Positions 12,007 to 23,800 of a stretch of 64,000 bases of DNA are shown here, piece after piece. Numbering within the stretch: position 1 is the stretch's first letter; every line of letters starts with the position of its first letter. The position numbers and the translations under genes are program-made. The notes below the pieces were generated by a model. It was not told the DNA's origin. It searched no databases and worked only from the letters and a program-made list of their open reading frames with translations. Origin of the DNA: Guillardia theta CCMP2712 (lineage: Eukaryota > Protista > Cryptophyta); the NCBI RefSeq assembly GCF_000315625.1, contig NW_005434607.1:213583-277582 (forward strand), given 5' to 3'.

Positions 12007-12246
12007 GACAAGGGGGTATCCTCCTCCCTCCCTCCCTCCCTCCCTCCCTCCCTCCCTCCCTAAATTTCACAACGGCTTGCAACTCCCTCCTTCTCGCCAT
12101 CTCGTTGGTTTTTCGACTTTTCCTCATGAGTAAATAAACAGAAAGCACGACAACAACGCTTATGCTGTCATGGTGTAGAAGGGCTTCAGCACGTATCCCC
12201 GCATGTTCGGCGAGCGCTACAGCAACATTAGCTTCCATCGCCCCTT

Positions 12247-14060
12247 CTACTCGCCGAATACCTTCATGACTGCCCTTCTCATCCTCAGTGGTACCTCGCT
12301 CCCCTCCATCGCCCCTCCTTCATCGTATACTTCCTGCTCATGGTCATCAGAGCTCTCAGCGCGAAAGCAGGAGGCAAGAAGCTACGTCTGGATCGACTTG
12401 CTCGTCATCTTCACTTGGCTGGAGGTACTTGACAGAGCTCTCTTTGTCTTCGCTCCTGTCGATCACCGGAGAAACATCCTACAAGCTGGTCAGCATCGAT
12501 CCAACACCTCTAGCGCAAGTCGCAGGACCTCAACGATCTCGATGCCTCGCTTCTCGGGTCTTCTCTCCTCGAACGAGTCCTCCAAGTCTCCCCGACTTGG
12601 CTGGTGACAAACCGACGGTCAAACGAGGCGAACGGGGCGGAGGACGAGCACAAACCTCCTCCACTCTCTCTTCATCACTCGATGCGTCAGGAGGACCTTT
12701 GTAGTGCCTTCCTGTCTCCCGACCTGATGTCCAGCATGTGTCAACCAGCACACGACCCAACGAGAACCTGAAACCCTACCTTCTATCTTGATTACATAGT
12801 GCTTCAAGTACCGCTCCTCTTGCTGCTCCTTCTCCCTCACCGCCTTTTCTGCCTTGACCTTTGAGAACAAATGGACCAGGAACTTCGCAGCCTGCTCCTC
12901 CTCTTTCTTGGTTTTCTGTTTCATCCCAGGTCAGTCGCTGGAGACTTGCAGTATACAACCCTCACGTAATGATTCTTCTTCCTCTTCAGAGAATCCTCCA
13001 TTTCCGCTTTCGCTACGGCCTTCCAGGAGCATGTCAACCTCACCCACCCTTCAACCAGAGCAAGTTCATCACCGCATCAAAGATCGCTTCCTTGGCTTCT
13101 TGCGTTGCCCTCTTCTTCGACTCTCCGCTCTCCTCTCCTTCGTCCGCCAACACCCTCTCCGCGTCATGCTCAGCTACTTTGCTCGGGACTCCGTCCTTCT
13201 CTTCGCGCCTTTCAATGTCTTCACCCGCCAGCACCTTGGGAGCCTCCAATCCAAACTTCGCAAGGGGAACACCGTATCTGTCGATCTTCCTGTGCCCGAG
13301 GACCACGGCTCCGGAATCATACCCACGAATCTTCCACTGCTTGCACTCCATGTCGTCAGCCTTGCAGGGGCCTTTCCAGTCGTACACGATGTCGCCATTG
13401 GGCCAGTAGGTCACGTTGGGGATGAACTGAGCAAGTGGGTTGTTGTAGAGAGGCTTCTTGGGCGCATACTCTCCTAACGGCGACACGGCTCCTGGGACTG
13501 CCCTGTCGTTCTTCTGAAGCGGGACCTTGAACGGCTGACGGAGGGCGTTTGCTGCTGCCTCACGGCCGCTCCGGGATGCCCACTGGGGCTCCATGAGCAT
13601 CTTGGGAATGCCTACCTTCCAGTTCTTGCCATCCAAGGCCTTGGCTGATCCTGAATCGCAGCAGCCCATCAGTGTCCGTGACTCAGATGTTACCAGGGAC
13701 ATACCGGCAAAATCAGTGAAGGGTGAGACTTGAACGACAGTTTGCACTGCGGACTGCGAGCAGGGATCAAGGAGGAGGAGGACTAGAACGGGGTGTCGAG
13801 TTACGTTCACAGCGTCTCGAGGATCCGGCATGAATTTCATCTGATGAGATTCGAGCGTCGAGACATCTCCTGTTTTCCAAGAGCAGTCAGCAAAGTGAAT
13901 CAGGAGTCAGGAATGCCGAACCTCTCTGCGTGGTCGACAGGAACACGAGGAGGGAGGCAAACAGAAGCGAGACTGTGACGAGGGTTGCGTGTCTCCACAT
14001 GGTCTTCTTGGATGGCTGCGTCCACTGCAAGCACTATCAGCGGCTGATGAAGGCGTCATG
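12247..14060 (-). CDS. Hypothetical protein, multi-exon, with charged/coiled-coil C-terminal half
   Basis: Long exon within 13040-13650, then consistent GT-AG exons down to EVPLRMRRAVMKVFGE* (stop at 12247). Start approximate. Confidence 0.55.
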
Positions 14061-14718
14061 GTCTAGGAGAGCTTCTAACTTACCATAGGAGGCGTCACGA
14101 GCTCAACGGAGAGGTCTGGTGCCCCTGGAGCTGAGAGAGCAAGGATCGTCAGATGTCAGGAAAGAGTATCTCCTTGAGCTCAGTGCAACCATGCTGCCGA
14201 ATCCTCACTGTCACGCGACTCACCGCCAATCGCCATTGCGCTCTCCCCGTCTCTCTGCGTCTATTTCGGGCAACCCAGGCCCTATCACTGACGGACCCGC
14301 CTCGGAGAGATCACGGTCGGCAACACTTGGCTCCCGGGGTCACCCGGTGCTGCCTCAGGGCCGAGCCCGGCCTCACTCAGTGAAGTGCCCGGGCCCGGCC
14401 CGGAAATAGTTTTAAGGGCCCGGCGCCAGTGCTCACCGCCTCTTTCACTATCGCGATGGGGGAGAGATGAGGTAGGGCGGCGGGGAGGCATGGTGGATCA
14501 ACAGCTGTCTCTGCCTCCTTCAAACCCAAGCCTGTGACTTGAAGACACGTTTGCGGGTGACAACTGAGGTGATTCAAGTTTTGCATCCCCTCCTGCCCCA
14601 TTCAAGTTCTATCTCAGTCCAACCTGCTGTTGCCTGGAGTCAGGCTGGTCTTGAAAGGGTCTTACATTTCACTTGCACCTTCTTCAGGTTTTGAGAATCA
14701 TTGCAGCGAGAGAGCAAC

Positions 14719-16132
14719 ATGATGGCGTCAAGATCTCATACCGATCGTCCTAATCGCTCTGTTGTCACTCATCCACCATCATGGGCGCCTCACATGGCCG
14801 TCGAGCTAGAGTTGCAAGGGAAAGTGAGTGCGATGCGCAAGATTGGATTGGTTTTTGAACATTGCAGAAGAAATTTGCTATGATTCGCCTAGAAGACATG
14901 TTGTTGCTTATGGTAACGAGGTGTTCTGTTGCAGGATGACGACGCTGATGTTGTAGACATGACATGCGCTGTAAAATCGATATCCTGCAATGCTTATGGA
15001 ACATGCGTTGCTTGTGGATGCCAGGATGGCAAGGTATGGTCTTCTCTTGCATCCTCATTAACCTCCATCCTTTCAATCCCTACATCTGATCGTTTGAACT
15101 TCTTACCCTGAATTATCTTCAAAGGTGAGAACTATCAAGATGAATGCGATGGACTGGCAAATCGCGCTTTGCATGGCGCATCATCCTCGTCTTGCGAAGC
15201 AAGGTGAGTAAAACGAGATTATCTTTGAAAATAAGAGAGTCGTCTTGACTGCTTGTTTTTGTCAAGGTTGCTGGCTTTCCTTGCTCGAATCGGAGATTCT
15301 AATGCACATATGGAAGTTTGTTGCTTCTGATTACTTGATCATTGGTGGAAAGGCTGAATTTGAAGAGCTTTCCGGGCATTCATCGCTCGTATCTTCGGTT
15401 TCTTTCAGTCCCCTGGGCGATATGTTGGCCTCCAGTGCGATCAACAATGAGATCCGGTTGTGGAACTACACCTCAGATGAGAAGAGAAGTGAAGTCATCA
15501 AAACATCCGCTGCCCACAGTGCCATGGTCCTGGCGTTTAATAAGGATGGGAGCCTTGTTGCCTCTGGTGGGCGAGACAGGCGAATCAAATTGTGGTGCAC
15601 CACAGGGAAGAATGAGATCTATGACGCTTTCGAAGGCCATGCCGGTATGATACAGGCTCTTGCGTTTTCTCCAGATGGGAGTTTGCTTGCATCAGGAAGC
15701 AGTGATTGTACAGTACGGCTGTGGAACATGCAGTCGCTAACATCTTACAGAGATCCTCTCCGTGGCCATTACAGAGGTATCCATGCAGTCGCGTTCTCTC
15801 CCGATGGTGTCCATCTTGCGGCTGGCTCTGGTGACTGCCTCATCTCTGTTTGGCAAGTGGCAACAGGAGAGCCCAAGGCTGAAGCACTGAAGGGACATCT
15901 CTCCAGTGTCTTCTGCCTTGCCTTCTCGCCTGATGGAAGATATCTGGCCAGTGGGGGTAACGATAGAATGGTGAGACTGTGGTGTTGCAGAACATGGCAG
16001 CAGGTTCAGACCTTCAGAGGTCACAGTTCAGGAGTCTCGTCCGTGGCTTTCTGCAAGGGTGGACTGATCCTGGTTTCAGGAAGTGGAGATGGAACTGTCA
16101 GGCTCTGGGATTTGAGGCAAAGGATGGGATGA
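14719..16132 (+). CDS. WD40-repeat protein (about 6-7 blades) with an F-box-like segment
   Basis: Repeated GH...V..VAFSPDG..LASG..D.TVRLW units in ORF 15245-16132. Upstream exons add a blade fragment (VACGCQDGKV) and the segment ALCMAHHPRLAKQGCWLSLLESEILMHIW. Confidence 0.92.
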
Positions 16133-17214
16133 AACTCCTGCAAGATGTCATTCTTCTTCGCTGTTGATCAAACCCCATCAAATCCGTGCTCAACGAGCTA
16201 CTGCTTTCAACGAGTTGTTGTGTTTGGCTGTCGTTCTCTTTCAGGGAGGATTTTGCTTATTCGGACCACCCACTGCCGATATCTAGTTGCAAAGACGCCG
16301 TCGTGCTGTGACTCTACGTTTCTTACCGTCTTTGCAAAACCATGTAGAGGATAAATACATTAACTGCACAACCATGTAGAGGATAAATCTTTCCCTTTTT
16401 TTGACTGAAAAAGAAGGACAAAACGGAGAAATACATTAACAAGTAAGATGATTTCATCTCTTTGCTTGTGTCCTGCTATCAAATAACCATGTATGACGCA
16501 CTATCAAATCCCTCATCATTCCTGTACCATAACTAAACTCCAGCACGAGCAAGTGCTCTGGGAAAGCGCGCAGTGGGAACACTCACGAATACATCTCATC
16601 GTAACATCGCAGTCCATTCGTCGACTTCAGCTGACCCCGCAAGACACCCTGCAATCCTTCAATTGCCGTTTTCAGTCTCCCCACCTCCTGGGCGGCATGG
16701 CGGGGAGGAGCTCTGGATACACTATGAGGTGTTAGTTCGGTTTCAAGTCGACAAGACAGGGGACATGCCCATCCTGCAAACAATTTCCGAAGGCTCGGAA
16801 AAGAGCAACGCAACAATGTGAAACGATGCGTATTGGAGGAGACGGCACTGAAAAGCCTGCCTCAGAGTTATCCAATAAGACGAGCTGCGGCATCAGCACG
16901 TGTCAATACCTGACCAGAGGACAGCAAAATTTTCGAATCCATGAAGAAACATGGGTTCTTTGAATTGAATATTCAAGTCTTAGGTTAAAGAAATATATTC
17001 AGTTTTCAAGTATCCAATTATACCTCGGAATTTCAACAATTCATACTCCTCTGTCAAAATAGAAATATGGTTGAAATCAAAACCGCTGTCTTTGCAATAG
17101 TTCCCTTATTGCGAGGGAGTCCTGATGCCCAAATCTATCTCTATCTGTAGCTTCTGAGGCCAGCGCTGAACTCACTATTGCCCTCTCAGTTAGCTCCTCG
17201 AAAGGAAGGGCGGG

Positions 17215-18406
17215 AAGGTGCAAAGGAGACAAAGTTTGGAGGGCAACAATACCAAACGATCCATTATTGAAGGTCAAAAAGATGAAAACACAACGATTAC
17301 GATTGTTGCCCCCGAACCTTTGCCTCCTTAGCTCCTGCGATTCTTCTGTCATGGCACCCTGTATTTCCTAAAGAAGCAACGATTGGCATTGTTGTGCACT
17401 CACCTGTGCCTCCTTAGCTCCTTACAACGTCATGTTCCTCCGTTGCTGACTGAATCTATTGAAGATATCTGTCAGCAGGTCAGCGTGCTGACACTCGGCT
17501 GATGCAAGAAGGAGCAAAGAAGGCGAACATTCGGGGGCAACAATGAGAATCGTTAGGGTTTCATCTCTGTGCTGACCTAACAAGATTTCACTGGAGCAAA
17601 GAAGACAAAGGTTCGGGGGCAACAATCCCAACCGTCAAGATAAAACAAAACCTTTGGGATTGTTGCCCGTCTACCTTTGTCTTCTTAACTCCTGGTGTCC
17701 TCTGGCCGATAATTAACTGACGTCAGCAGATAGTCTCGTGTAAGCCTAGCAAAAATGCAACATGAAGTGTTTGGGATTGTTGCCCGTCTACCTTTGTCTT
17801 CTTAGCTCCTGCTCCCTTCCCTGTACCTTTGACGGTTTGGTCAGCGAAAATGGAGCATGACATTCTAAAACCCAATAACAAACGACGTTTGGGATTGTTG
17901 CGCGTCTACCTTTGTCTTCTTAGCTCCTTAAAATGTCATGTTCCTCATTGCAATATGCAGAAATAGAACCGTTGGGATTGTTGCGCGTCTACCTCTGCCT
18001 TCTTAGCTCCTTACTATGTCATGTTCCCTCGCTGCTGACAAACCGATTCTCGATATCTTTGAGGAGATAGGGTTCTGTAAGCCTAGTTTCATATTTTCAA
18101 ACAACGCTTGAGATTGTTGCCCATCTACCTCTGCCTTCTTAACTCCTTGTAATGTCATGTTCCACACAAGTTGAAGAAGGATACGCAACGGTTGGGATTG
18201 TTGCGCGTCTACCTCTGCCTCCTTAGCTCCTTGTGATGTCATGGTCCCGATTCCTGTATGGCAGGCCCTGGAAAAACTCGAAACGGTTGGGATTGTTGCG
18301 CGACTACTTCTGACTTCTTAGCTCCTTGCGTTGTCATGGTCCTCTTCCCCTATGTCATCATCGCAGGAGCAAGAGGCAAGTTTCGGGGGCAACAATTTGA
18401 AACGTT
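17215..18406. repeat. Array of 13 degenerate ~45-bp repeats (9 forward, 4 inverted) with variable spacers
   Basis: Consensus AACGGTTGGGATTGTTGC-n7-CCTYTGYCTYCTTAGCTCCT, often followed by TGTCATGKTCC. Forward copies start at ~17292, 17378, 17649, 17766, 17884, 17967, 18103, 18187 and 18282. Inverted copies lie at ~17215, 17510, 17592 and 18365. Confidence 0.9.
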
Positions 18407-19799
18407 GCATGCACGGTATGGACCGGGCCTCAGTAGCACGCCGGGCCCGGTCAGTCCAATCGGAATAAACATAACCTTACTAGTTATGGCTTTACTCAAA
18501 GTTAAGCCTAGTACGCCAAAACCCCGGTGACCTTCTTTACTCAAAGTTAAGTTAAAAAGCAGTACGAGGACAATCAGGAGAGTCGAGGAGGCTTGACCCT
18601 GACACTGTCGCACAGGCCAAACGGCGAGAAGAGAAAAGACAGCGAGAACCAAACCCAATCCTGCCGAACTTCCGAATGCTGTCCCCCAAACTTAACTGAC
18701 CACTCGTGACTTCCCCTTTACTCGTGACTACTGATTGTGATCCGCCGCATCTGGCTTATCCTTAGCTCAAAGGATCAGTCATAGAATCACTGGCAGTCAT
18801 ACTAGAATCTGCCGCGCCAGCCAGTGCCGCAGTCCGTCCGATCATGCTGCGGCACTCCAAGTTCCATCACGGGAAGTTCCGATCACCGATCATATAGCCG
18901 CTATGCCGGGTCCCCGGTCTGATCGGATCAAGACGTGGGAGAGTTGCAAGTCTCTCACAGCCTACATTCGTCAGGACTGAGACAGAGTCACTGGCAAGCC
19001 GGAAAGTGAAGGGAACTTACTCATGATGGAGGGGTCGGAGATTCCATTATCCCAGTCGGAGCCAGAGGCCGATTGACGATGACCGTAACGAGGGCAAAGA
19101 GGGCATAGAGGAGGATTGACATGGTGGGTGGCCTGCGCCGCCCAAAATGCCGCAGACTGGAGGTACGAAGCAGGCCGCGCCGGACCGAGCTCCCTCGTCC
19201 GCCCATTAGACCGTGTTTTTTTACTGTAAGGTAGTGAATGATTGTTCTCAATCACTGTAGCATCACGGCTTCCTTCCCGAAAGTGCTGATTCCGGAGCAG
19301 GGAGCTGAGCAGCAACTGCCGCCCTCAGGCCTGCCATAATGCTCCTCCAAAACAAGAAGCGGTCTCTCTTAAACGGCTTTCTTCTCATCAGCAAATAACC
19401 ACATTGATGCATTGAGCGGGGGGAGCAGAGTACATTTTAGCATGGGATCCAAACAACTGAGATCTCACATTCGGAAGATCCTTTTTGATTCATGTCAACC
19501 CAAGGCTGATCAAGGTCAGTGTGTCTCTCGGCCTCTCGAGATGCCTCACTGGATCATCCGACTTGTGACCGCATCCAATCCTGAATCTCCTACTGTCTCA
19601 AGCTTCCTCGTCCCCAGTGAAGTTCGCCATGTTCGCAGATGCCGTTCGCTATGCCCGGCTGCCTGCGGGCATGGTGCTTGAAGAGTCTCATCAGATCTTT
19701 TACTCAACCAGACAGCTGTAAAGAGAGGACGGTTCGGATTGTTGCTGTCTCAACGAAGTAACCTATTGTCCTACTCCCACCGGTGGATACATAGAGTCC

Positions 19800-20810
19800 T
19801 ATCTCTAGTACCGCTGCCACTGGTAATATATTTTAAACTTTACTTAATGCAATTCTGTACCCTATTTTCGCTGATTCTAGTACTTCCTCTACTTTTAGGG
19901 CCGAGACTAACGTCCGTTAGCGTATCGCGAAAATATTGCGAACGCAACGAAACGTTTTAGAAATATTGTAAAACGTTTATAACTATTATACAATTTCCAA
20001 ACGGTGTGTAAATTTGAAATAAGTGGGTTTATATATCTACAATGTCATTTATTAAATGTAAGCAGGCCTTGATCATCGTGTGGTAAAGCTGTGTTGTAAT
20101 AAAGAGAATCGCGAACGACGTTCGCGATTCTCCGTATCCATGAGATTAAAACTGCTTTTTAATGTATTTGAATTTGTACCAAAAAAATATAGGTCAAAAC
20201 AGGATGACGAAATGGTTTGAAACGTTGTTGAAGGAAAATGTTTCCAAAATGGAATTGTTCGTGTCAGGTTGATATATATCGAAGCAATGCTTGTTTGACA
20301 GGGAAAGGGATATCTATTAATTACCCGCCCCCTTTGGAAAGAAAAGCAACGGTTCGCATTGTTGTGGGTGATGCTTTTGTAATTAATTTTCTAAAGATGT
20401 TTGCACTGGAAATTTTTTGGTTCACGACGATCAAGGAAGGGCGAAAAATTCCACTCAAATTTGAAATTTTTCGGAACAATGCTTTGCATCTCCAAAGTGT
20501 TGGTCCCTAAACGCGTTCTATTTTGATACAGAAATCGTCCAAATGTTTCAAATCGCGCAAGCACACCCGAGAAAACTTTGAGGTTCGACAAATGAAGAAT
20601 CAAACGTTCAGGTTGAAATTTCAAATACAAATGTATATTTTCCTGGATTTCACAGATATTTTCGGAGAGAAAAACAAAAACTGCAAGGGTGCATTCCCAT
20701 GTTTTTTGTAAAGTTAATTTCCACAGCAGCAACAATGCTGAACGTCGCGAGATTGAAGCTGAGGCGGGCATGAAAACAAATGCAATCCAAGTAGGGGGTC
20801 ATCCGACTAA
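19800..20810 (-). mobile_element. AT-rich island, probable decayed hAT-type DNA transposon fragment
   Basis: GC content drops sharply. The minus-strand peptide FSGVLARFETFGRFLYQNRTRLGTNTLEMQSIVPKN resembles the hAT C-terminal dimerisation motif (S..ERxFSTFG.....RNRLG...LE...V..N). No intact ORF or TIR pair was found. Confidence 0.3.
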
Positions 20811-20813
20811 GTT

Positions 20814-23800
20814 TTAAGGTGACATATTGAGGGTAGGGGTAGTGAACGGGCCCGTCAAGAGAGAACGCTTCGAATTGTTGCGGGTGTTCGAGCGGGCAAC
20901 TCCTTGCAAGGGGAGTGAGAGTGCATCGTTTCGGATTGTTGCTCCTGATGAAATCAACTTCAGTGAAATCACTTTCTTCTCTACTTCGATCCTCCTATCT
21001 TGTACCACTCCTGCGTTCCTCCTTCACTCCTCCTCCGCTTCTTCTTTCTCCTCCTTCTTTCCTTCTTCACTCCTCCTGCGTTCCTTGTCCGCCCCTTCTT
21101 ATTCCCTCGTTCGTTTCTCTTTCGCTCCCATTGAAATCTTTACTTTTCTCTGCTGTTTGTACACGTTCCTACCACTTAATCTTTCATCCTAGCTCGACCC
21201 TCAGTGCAGCAGATCTGAAATCTCCTGCTCTCAAGGTCAGCAATGACATGAGCTTGTCCTACCCCCCCATCACCTCCTGCAGGTTGTGCCTGCGCATGAA
21301 GGGCGTGGTCAACAAGCTTCCTAGCTGTGACAAGTTCGCAGTGATCTGTCAGGGATCAATTGCGTCAGGAGGAGGAGCTTGCTGAGAGCAAGGAGTTTAC
21401 CTGATCTAGCTGGGTCAAGCTCCCAAACAACCCCCACACCTGCGCACTGTCATCTTCAACCGCTACATAGCATCGATCCCACGTTGGTTGCGACTGCCTC
21501 CTTGCCCCCGCGTCCTGTCCGTTGGTCTTCCTGCGATGTTTCCACCGCTTCGCTGGACAGGGAAGTCAGACAGTGAGATGAAGGTACATGATAGCAAGTG
21601 ATGGTGGTAATGATGGTAGCCAAAAACGAGGTGGATGAGGATGAGGATGAGGAGGAGAAGGAGAAGGAGGAGGAGGAGGGTAGAGGAGGAGGAGGAGGAG
21701 GAGGAGGAGGAGATCAGCTGATGAGCTTCAGGAGGGCGACGAGATGGAGGGGTTAGGGAAGAGAGGTCATTACCTTGCCTTCCGCTTCATCCCCGCAGTT
21801 TGATAGCGATTGGCGTCCAGATTCTCTTCCACGTGATCCTCCTCCGACATGTACCGAGCGGTCGCATGCCGCACAGACCGCGCGACATTCTCCATGCCCT
21901 CCCGCTCGCTCAGGATCATCCGTGACAGCTCATGGAACATCTCCATCTTCTCCGTTCCTGCGGGGCATACGCGTCAAGGGATTGCCATGGCTGACCCGAT
22001 CCAGCGCACCGAGAATGTCGATGCTTCCTTGAGCCTCGTCGTCCTCCTCGTCGAAGGATAGAGACTTGATCACCCCCTCCTCCCCCTCCTCCTCCAAGTT
22101 GCTATCTATCCTGAAGTTTGCAGGGGAAGCACTTCGAACGAGAGAATTCCGTCCCTGCGACCGTGACGCCCTCCTGCTCATCCTCTCTTCCTCCACGTCC
22201 GTGTCAAGAGTCCATGCCTGCGACAAGCGAGGGAAGCGCGCTCCAGCAAACTGCAAAGCTGCACAGCATCATCAGTTCAGGAAGGGAGGAGGAGGAGGAG
22301 GGAGAAGACGAGCATAGTATAGGAGGAAGGACGACAGCAGCCTTACTGTGATGAGAGACAACAGGGATCATCAGCTCGCATTCTCGAAGTTCTGCGATCC
22401 TTGCAAGCAGGACATCCTGGTCGCCGTCAGCGTCTCTTTCTCCTCCTCCTCCTCCTCCTCCTCCTCCTCCTCTGTTACCTGCAGCGCTTGCCATGCTGTT
22501 CGACGCCAGCACCGCATGTCGGCGCCCTTGGCTGCGTTGAAGGAGGCGTTCAAGTTGACCAGCAGCGGAGGAGCAGGCCCCCCCTTGCGCTTTGCCTCGA
22601 TTTTACTCTCAGTGTGCATTTTCAGGAGCTTGATGCAGGAATCCTTGACTAGCTGGAGCTGGAGGATAGAGAAGGAGAGGTCAACGACTTGTCCTCAGAA
22701 CTTCTGTCACTCACTGTGCTAGAGTCGTCCTTCCCGTCCTCTCCCCCTGGGAGGAGCTGCTCTAGCAGATCTCTTGCAGGCTTGCCGGTGAATTTGATCC
22801 TCTCCTTGACCCCCTGCCACCTGACATGCGATCGATCCGAGACAGCTGGAGGAGGGTCAGCAAGACACCAGCGAGACTCTGAGAGCAAGGGGGACGGTCG
22901 AACTTTGCCCATGTGAGGAACAGAGCAGAAATTGAAACAGTCTGCAAGCAAGCAGGACAGAGAGAGGGAAGGAAGGCGGGGGAAGGGACTAAGTACGGAT
23001 GGATGGAGGGATGGAGGGATGGAGGGATGGAGGGCAATTGGCGATCAAAAGCAAACGAACCTCTCTCAACCTCCTCAACGATCGCCAGGGTCCGATCGCA
23101 AGCAGCGACAAAAACTTGGAGGAGGCCGACTCGTATGCTGGGGAGGAGGATGAGTTTGAGCTTGTCGCACGGGGATTCACCTTCTCATCCTCATGCTCTC
23201 CACTTGTATGTTGCTTGTTGCAGACAACCAGAGAGAAAGGAGAACGTCCGCCACCTCCTGGCGGCAGAGGAGGAGAGGACGAGGAAGGGATCCGAGTAGC
23301 CAGCCCTTGGCGGTGGGCAACGCAGGGGAGCAGCTGCTCCCGTCCTCGTCGAAGTGCCGGCAGAGGCCGAGTAGGAAGTCGTGAGATACGGTGACGGAGA
23401 CGTTGCGGAGGGAGAGGAGAAGAGCACATCCAGCCTCGCACACTTCTGCAGAGCTCATGCAGAAGAAACGGACCAGGAGCCGGTGCTCCACGGAAGACAA
23501 CACGCGACTGAGGAGCGAGCGGAGGCGGCGGTGAAGCTCCTCCTCGCCTCCGGCAAGCCGAATCAGCTGCGAGAAAGTCAGCAGAGGGCGAGAAGGCTGA
23601 GGAGGAGAAGGAAGAAAGGAAGAAGGAGAAGGGGACGAGCATGTAGGGGAAGGGGGGCAGAGATTGAGTACAGGAGGAAATGGGGTAAGACGGAACCTGT
23701 GCTGAGGCAGGAACCAACACCGCAAGAGGTACCAGCATGCGTTCAGCAGTATCTGCAAAGCGCGTGAGATGAAATGAGATCAGACAGCGGGAGGCGGGGA

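Noticed and set aside
16490-16900. Small minus-strand gene
   Set aside because: Only a short helical-looking fragment, and no convincing gene model could be built.
18003-18242. Protein-coding reading of the array (GAKEAEVDAQQSQP repeats), or an array of splice acceptors (CTTCTTAG)
   Set aside because: The frame is not maintained between units, several copies are inverted, and several lack the AG.
17215-18406. Bona fide CRISPR array
   Set aside because: Eukaryotic context, degenerate repeats in both orientations, very uneven spacers that share motifs, and no cas genes. Kept as an unexplained repeat array.
18971-19740. Effector or nuclease gene associated with the repeat array
   Set aside because: Only short, stop-interrupted frames with no recognisable RuvC, HNH, RT or integrase motifs. 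A decayed gene cannot be excluded.
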